Source: a virus
Taxonomy: Duplodnaviria; Caudoviricetes
DNA length: 29,511 bases
IMG/VR virus record: IMGVR_UViG_3300038393_002521
Location: 1-29,511 of that record
Strand: one strand, 5' to 3'
Position numbers and translations under genes: made by a program. The notes below the pieces were generated by a model that was not told the origin of the DNA, did not search any database, and saw nothing but the letters and a program-made list of their open reading frames with translations. Position 1 is the first letter of the stretch. Each line of letters starts with the position of its first letter. Shown here one piece after another: positions 24,281 through 29,511 of this stretch.

Positions 24281-26423
24281 CGCCTACTGCGCCAGTGCCC
24301 GTGCATCGGCGAACGACAACCTCGAGCTGCTGCTGCCGCCCGAGGACATTTCGACGAAGGAGTGTGCGGCCCAGCACCGCCATCTGCCCGCTTCCGAGGG
24401 GGCGATGGATGCGGACGGCAAGCCGCAGAAGCGGCTCTATGATCGCAAGCTCACACCGTACATGGACGGCCCGCAGGATGCGATGGACGATCCGCAGTTC
24501 ATCGAGGTCGATGTCGTCGGCCCTGGTCGAACCGGCAAGTCGATCGCGGGCGAGAACCATCTCTTCAAGCGGCTTCGCAACGGCCCCTTAACCGATACCA
24601 TCATCTATCTGCCGGCTGCCGAGGATGTGAACTCCTACGCCGACAAGGAATTCGCCGACTTCTTCACCCTCCACCCGGAGATCATGGAGAAGGTCGGCAA
24701 GCGCCCGACCGACAACAAGCGCAAGTTCAAGCGGGTAGCGGGCCGGGCAATCCAGCTCTTCCCCGCCAACCCCGGCACCGTTCGTCAGAAGCAGGCGCCG
24801 TTGATAATGGCGACCGAGGTCGACGGCTTCAGGGTCAAGCTGAGAGCGGCCTTTCGCGGCCTCGCCAGGGTCCGCGGCCGGGCGTTCGGGACACAGTTCA
24901 AGCTCTACATGGAATCGCACCCCGACGCCGGCTGGACAGCGGGCATCGCGAGCTTCTGGCTGCTTAGCAATCGGGGTCTCTGGTACTGGCCGTGCCCGCA
25001 CTGCAAGCTATGGTCGAGCCCGCATTCGCTCGCGCCCAAGGTGATCGACAGCGTCAGCGGCGTCACCTCGGACATGTACATGCGGCTCGAGTACGAGCGC
25101 GACGACGAGCTCGACGACGACGAGCTGCTCGACCGGGTAAGGGACACCGCCGGCCTGGGCTGCCCGCATTGCGGCAAGCGCATCGCCGACAAGCACAAGC
25201 ACAGCATGAACCTTGCCGGCAAATGGGTCTTCGCCGGCGAGATCATCACCCCGGACGGCCGGGTCACCGGAAAGACGAAGCCAGGCGACACGGCCGGCTT
25301 CTGGATTCACGGGACCATGTCGCCCTTCTATTCATGGGGTCAGCTTGCCCGCGAATATGTCGAGGTGCTGCTGCACTATGAGCGGACGCGCAATCCGCAG
25401 CCGCTCGCAGAATTCTCGGCCAAGAACCTGGGTATCGTCTATGAGGGCTCGGGCCCTGGCAGCCGGGTGCTCAACCCGAAGCTGCTCGCCCAGCGTGTCG
25501 CCGATATCGAACTCAATCCGGCGTTCGCTCGCGGGACCTGCCCGCCCCGGGTAGATTTCATCACGGCGTCTGTCGACGTCGGCGGTCGCAAGTTCGATTA
25601 CGCGATCTGGGGCTGGGATCTCGAAGGCCGCTCCTGGCTGATCGAGCGCGATACGATCCGCACGAACGCGGAAGGCCGGGAACTGAGGCCGCCGGAGCGG
25701 CAGGAAGACTGGACCGTCATCCGCGACGTCCTGCTCAAGCGGGTCGTCCCGCTGAGCGAGGATCCCTCGCTCGGCATGCCGATCGCGTGCGTCAGCGTCG
25801 ACACCGGCGGTTCGGGCAATCCGAACCAGGACGAGCCCAAGAACGGCGTGACATGGAAGGCTCGCGAATTCGCCCGCCGGATGGCGCGGAGCGGCGACAG
25901 CGGCATCAAGGGCTACCGCCTGATGCTGGTGAAGGGCGCCGCAGGCAAGACCGGGCCCGAGGTCGCCAGCCCCCGGGAGATAAACAAGGATGCCGAGGGG
26001 CATCCGATGAAGCCGGCGGTCAAGGAATTCACCCTGAACGTCTTCAGGCTGAAGATGCAGGCGATCGAGCGCCTCGCCGTCGAGGACGCTGGACCGGGCC
26101 AGGTGCACTTCGCATCCGGACTGCCGAAGTCGACCTACGACGAGCTCTGCGGCGAAGTGATGATCGACGGCAAGTTCGAGCGCAGAGGCGCGAACGAGGC
26201 GCTCGACCTGTTCGTCTACGCCGAGGCCGCGAGGGTCTCGCTTCAGCCCGAGCGCGCCGAGATCCGCTGGTTCGACGATGCCCGGGGACCGGCCCGCAGG
26301 CCGGTGTGGGCCCGACCGGTACCGATCGACGAAACCGCCGGTGAGGCGGTCCCGAAGAAACAGAAGAAACGACGACCCGCGACGACTTCGCGGGAACGAC
26401 TTGCCGAACTCAACCGGAGGTAG
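24228..26423 (+). CDS. Terminase large subunit (lambda GpA family)
   Basis: TPYM, Walker A GPGRTGKS, WYWPCPHC, CPHCG, GFWIHG-SPF-SW, ASVDVG, VDTGG, LMLVKG and NEALDL. Confidence 0.92.
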   Translation: MLQPLLAVQEELDRLGRDAYCASARASANDNLELLLPPEDISTKECAAQHRHLPASEGAMDADGKPQKRLYDRKLTPYMDGPQDAMDDPQFIEVDVVGPGRTGKSIAGENHLFKRLRNGPLTDTIIYLPAAEDVNSYADKEFADFFTLHPEIMEKVGKRPTDNKRKFKRVAGRAIQLFPANPGTVRQKQAPLIMATEVDGFRVKLRAAFRGLARVRGRAFGTQFKLYMESHPDAGWTAGIASFWLLSNRGLWYWPCPHCKLWSSPHSLAPKVIDSVSGVTSDMYMRLEYERDDELDDDELLDRVRDTAGLGCPHCGKRIADKHKHSMNLAGKWVFAGEIITPDGRVTGKTKPGDTAGFWIHGTMSPFYSWGQLAREYVEVLLHYERTRNPQPLAEFSAKNLGIVYEGSGPGSRVLNPKLLAQRVADIELNPAFARGTCPPRVDFITASVDVGGRKFDYAIWGWDLEGRSWLIERDTIRTNAEGRELRPPERQEDWTVIRDVLLKRVVPLSEDPSLGMPIACVSVDTGGSGNPNQDEPKNGVTWKAREFARRMARSGDSGIKGYRLMLVKGAAGKTGPEVASPREINKDAEGHPMKPAVKEFTLNVFRLKMQAIERLAVEDAGPGQVHFASGLPKSTYDELCGEVMIDGKFERRGANEALDLFVYAEAARVSLQPERAEIRWFDDARGPARRPVWARPVPIDETAGEAVPKKQKKRRPATTSRERLAELNRR

Positions 26424-26426
26424 GAC

Positions 26427-26858
26427 ATGTCCTTCTCGAATACCGCTGAAAACTCCATCCTCGGTCTCATCTTCTGCGCGACAGCGTGGGCGAATATGGC
26501 GGACAACGCCGCATCCAGCCCACAGACCCAGATTTCCATGGCGCTGCACACGGCCGACCCAGGCGATGGTGGCACGCAGTCGACGTCGGAAGCGACATAC
26601 ACGTCCTATGCCCGCCAGACGCCCGCGCGCACCACGGGCGGCTTCTCCGCCCCATCGGGCGGCTCGACATCGCCAGTGGCGAACATCGACTTCCCCACGG
26701 GCACGGGCGGCTCCGGTACGGTCACGCACGCCTCGGCGGGCAAGACAGGCGGCGGCGCGAGCGACATCCATATGTCCGGCACGGTCACCCCGAACATCGT
26801 CACCGGCAACGGCGTCCTGCCGCGCCTGACCACGGCATCGACGTTCACGCTCGACTGA
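26427..26858 (+). CDS. Putative virion structural / tail-associated protein
   Basis: ALHTADPG...E-YTSYARQ...N-IDFP...TVTH: a Gly/Thr/Ser-rich beta protein pattern typical of phage tail accessory proteins. GGAGG RBS. Confidence 0.75.
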   Translation: MSFSNTAENSILGLIFCATAWANMADNAASSPQTQISMALHTADPGDGGTQSTSEATYTSYARQTPARTTGGFSAPSGGSTSPVANIDFPTGTGGSGTVTHASAGKTGGGASDIHMSGTVTPNIVTGNGVLPRLTTASTFTLD

Positions 26859-27019
26859 TGCCGACCCCCAATTCGCCTGCGCGTGCGCAGGCCATCGTCC
26901 GCACCGCACCGCGTCTCGGCCGGGCGAACGCGACTGCGCGCGAGATCGCAAGGGAAGCGAAGAAGCTTGCCCGAGAGGGCGATCTTCGCCGCTATCATCC
27001 AGGGCAAAGGCGGGTCTGA
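26858..27019 (+). CDS. Small basic hypothetical protein
   Basis: TGATG coupling at both ends. 53 aa, Arg/Ala-rich. Confidence 0.6.
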   Translation: MPTPNSPARAQAIVRTAPRLGRANATAREIAREAKKLAREGDLRRYHPGQRRV

Positions 27020-27219
27020 TGAACGACCCCATCACCGCGGCAAGGCTCCTGCACTTCCTCGCCTGGCCGCTGGTTGTTGCCCTCATCGCCGCAGGCCTCC
27101 TGATCTACTTCGCGGGTCTCGGTTCGACGACGGGCGACAGCGGCTATCTGAGGACCGGCCTCAAGCTCATCGTCGCCGGCCTCATCCTCTTCGTCTGTCT
27201 GTTGCTGGGACTTAGATGA
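27019..27219 (+). CDS. 2-TM membrane protein (holin-like size)
   Basis: Two hydrophobic helices in 66 aa. Confidence 0.7.
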   Translation: MNDPITAARLLHFLAWPLVVALIAAGLLIYFAGLGSTTGDSGYLRTGLKLIVAGLILFVCLLLGLR

Positions 27220-27722
27220 CCAACCAGTCAGTCGCCCAGCGCATCCTCATCGATGGCGATCACAAGGCCCTTCGCCGGCACTGGGGCGACCTCTTCCCGC
27301 ATCTCGCCGCGCAGGGACCAAAGACGCTCGAGGATGCCGAGGTCGCGCTTCACATGGCGCGGACGCAGGTGGGCAATATCCCGATTCGGCTGCGGGCCTG
27401 GTCGCATCGCTGGCTGCGCGAACGCGGGCATATCTCGTTCCTGCCCGACGACCTCAAACCTAAGGCCGAGCAGATCTGCCCGATCGTCAAGGAGGCGGTG
27501 CTGATCAGCAACTCGCTCGGCCGGCTCGGCAACCAGTCGCCGCTGAGCAAGGCAATCGCGCCGCTGATCCGCCGCGAGATGGAAAATGCGGTGCTCGATG
27601 CAGAGGCTGAGGGCCGCCTCGGCGACGCGCCATTCGTCAAGGCGCGGATGCAGGAAGCACGCGGCCGTGCGGTCAAGGAACTGCTCGGATCCACGCTCGA
27701 AAAGCTGATGAAAGGACATTAA
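27216..27722 (+). CDS. Hypothetical protein
   Basis: 168-aa ORF with typical codon usage and ATGA coupling. Confidence 0.8.
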   Translation: MTNQSVAQRILIDGDHKALRRHWGDLFPHLAAQGPKTLEDAEVALHMARTQVGNIPIRLRAWSHRWLRERGHISFLPDDLKPKAEQICPIVKEAVLISNSLGRLGNQSPLSKAIAPLIRREMENAVLDAEAEGRLGDAPFVKARMQEARGRAVKELLGSTLEKLMKGH

Positions 27723-27725
27723 GTC

Positions 27726-27985
27726 ATGGTCAGGAAGGCAGCACCCAGGATCGCCGCGGCATCGGTGAGCACCTCGTCGGCTGGCGGAATGACGCGGCGT
27801 GGGCTCGGAGCGGCGATCGAGGCGGCGATGGCTCAGGCTGTCACGGACTGCTTCAAGAAGGGCATCACCGACGACGATTCCGTGCGCGAGGCGAAGCTCG
27901 AGGCGCGCGAGCGCGTCAAGCGCGAGTTCGCGGCAGCCGAGGCAAAAGCCGCCAAGGCAGCGGCTACGGAAGCGAAGAAGCAGAA

Positions 27986-27989
<4 letters not shown>
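27726..27989 (+). CDS. Hypothetical Ala/Lys-rich protein
   Basis: 87-aa ORF with an AAGGA RBS. Confidence 0.7.

Positions 27990-29511
<1,522 letters not shown>

Noticed and set aside
25332-27086. 584-aa minus-strand ORF
   Set aside because: It is an antisense shadow of the terminase and the downstream structural gene.

Overview
This is a 29.5-kb, roughly 64% GC segment of a temperate lambdoid phage, probably of an alphaproteobacterium (Sphingomonadales inferred from gene content). It is apparently in the non-integrated form, because an intact attP (3' half of a tRNA-Glu plus arm repeats) has phage genes on both sides. Left to right: (1) a putative late promoter driving an initiator tRNA-fMet, a highly structured non-coding RNA carrying an exact 16S rRNA 790-loop sequence, and two DUF6527-like genes. 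(2) A leftward early operon: DnaN beta clamp, Xis-like HTH, tyrosine integrase, attP, DUF1643, C5 cytosine MTase, YegP, DUF5131, ASCH, HD hydrolase and HhH-GPD glycosylase-like genes. (3) A cI/cro-like switch with repeated palindromic operators. (4) A rightward early operon: N4/N6 MTase, GcrA-like, GapR with AT-hook, RuvC-like, DUF1064, DnaA lacking domains I-II, HNH, HTH replication initiator fused to DnaA domain I, DUF4326, a putative late regulator and many small genes. (5) A second late promoter and terminator, lambda-type terminase subunits, and then non-head genes ending in a secreted DUF1996 protein. The most notable items are a split DnaA/DnaN/GcrA/GapR set that mimics host replication and cell-cycle control, and the tRNA-fMet/16S-loop-mimic RNA module. 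All family calls come from recognising motifs by eye, not from database searches.
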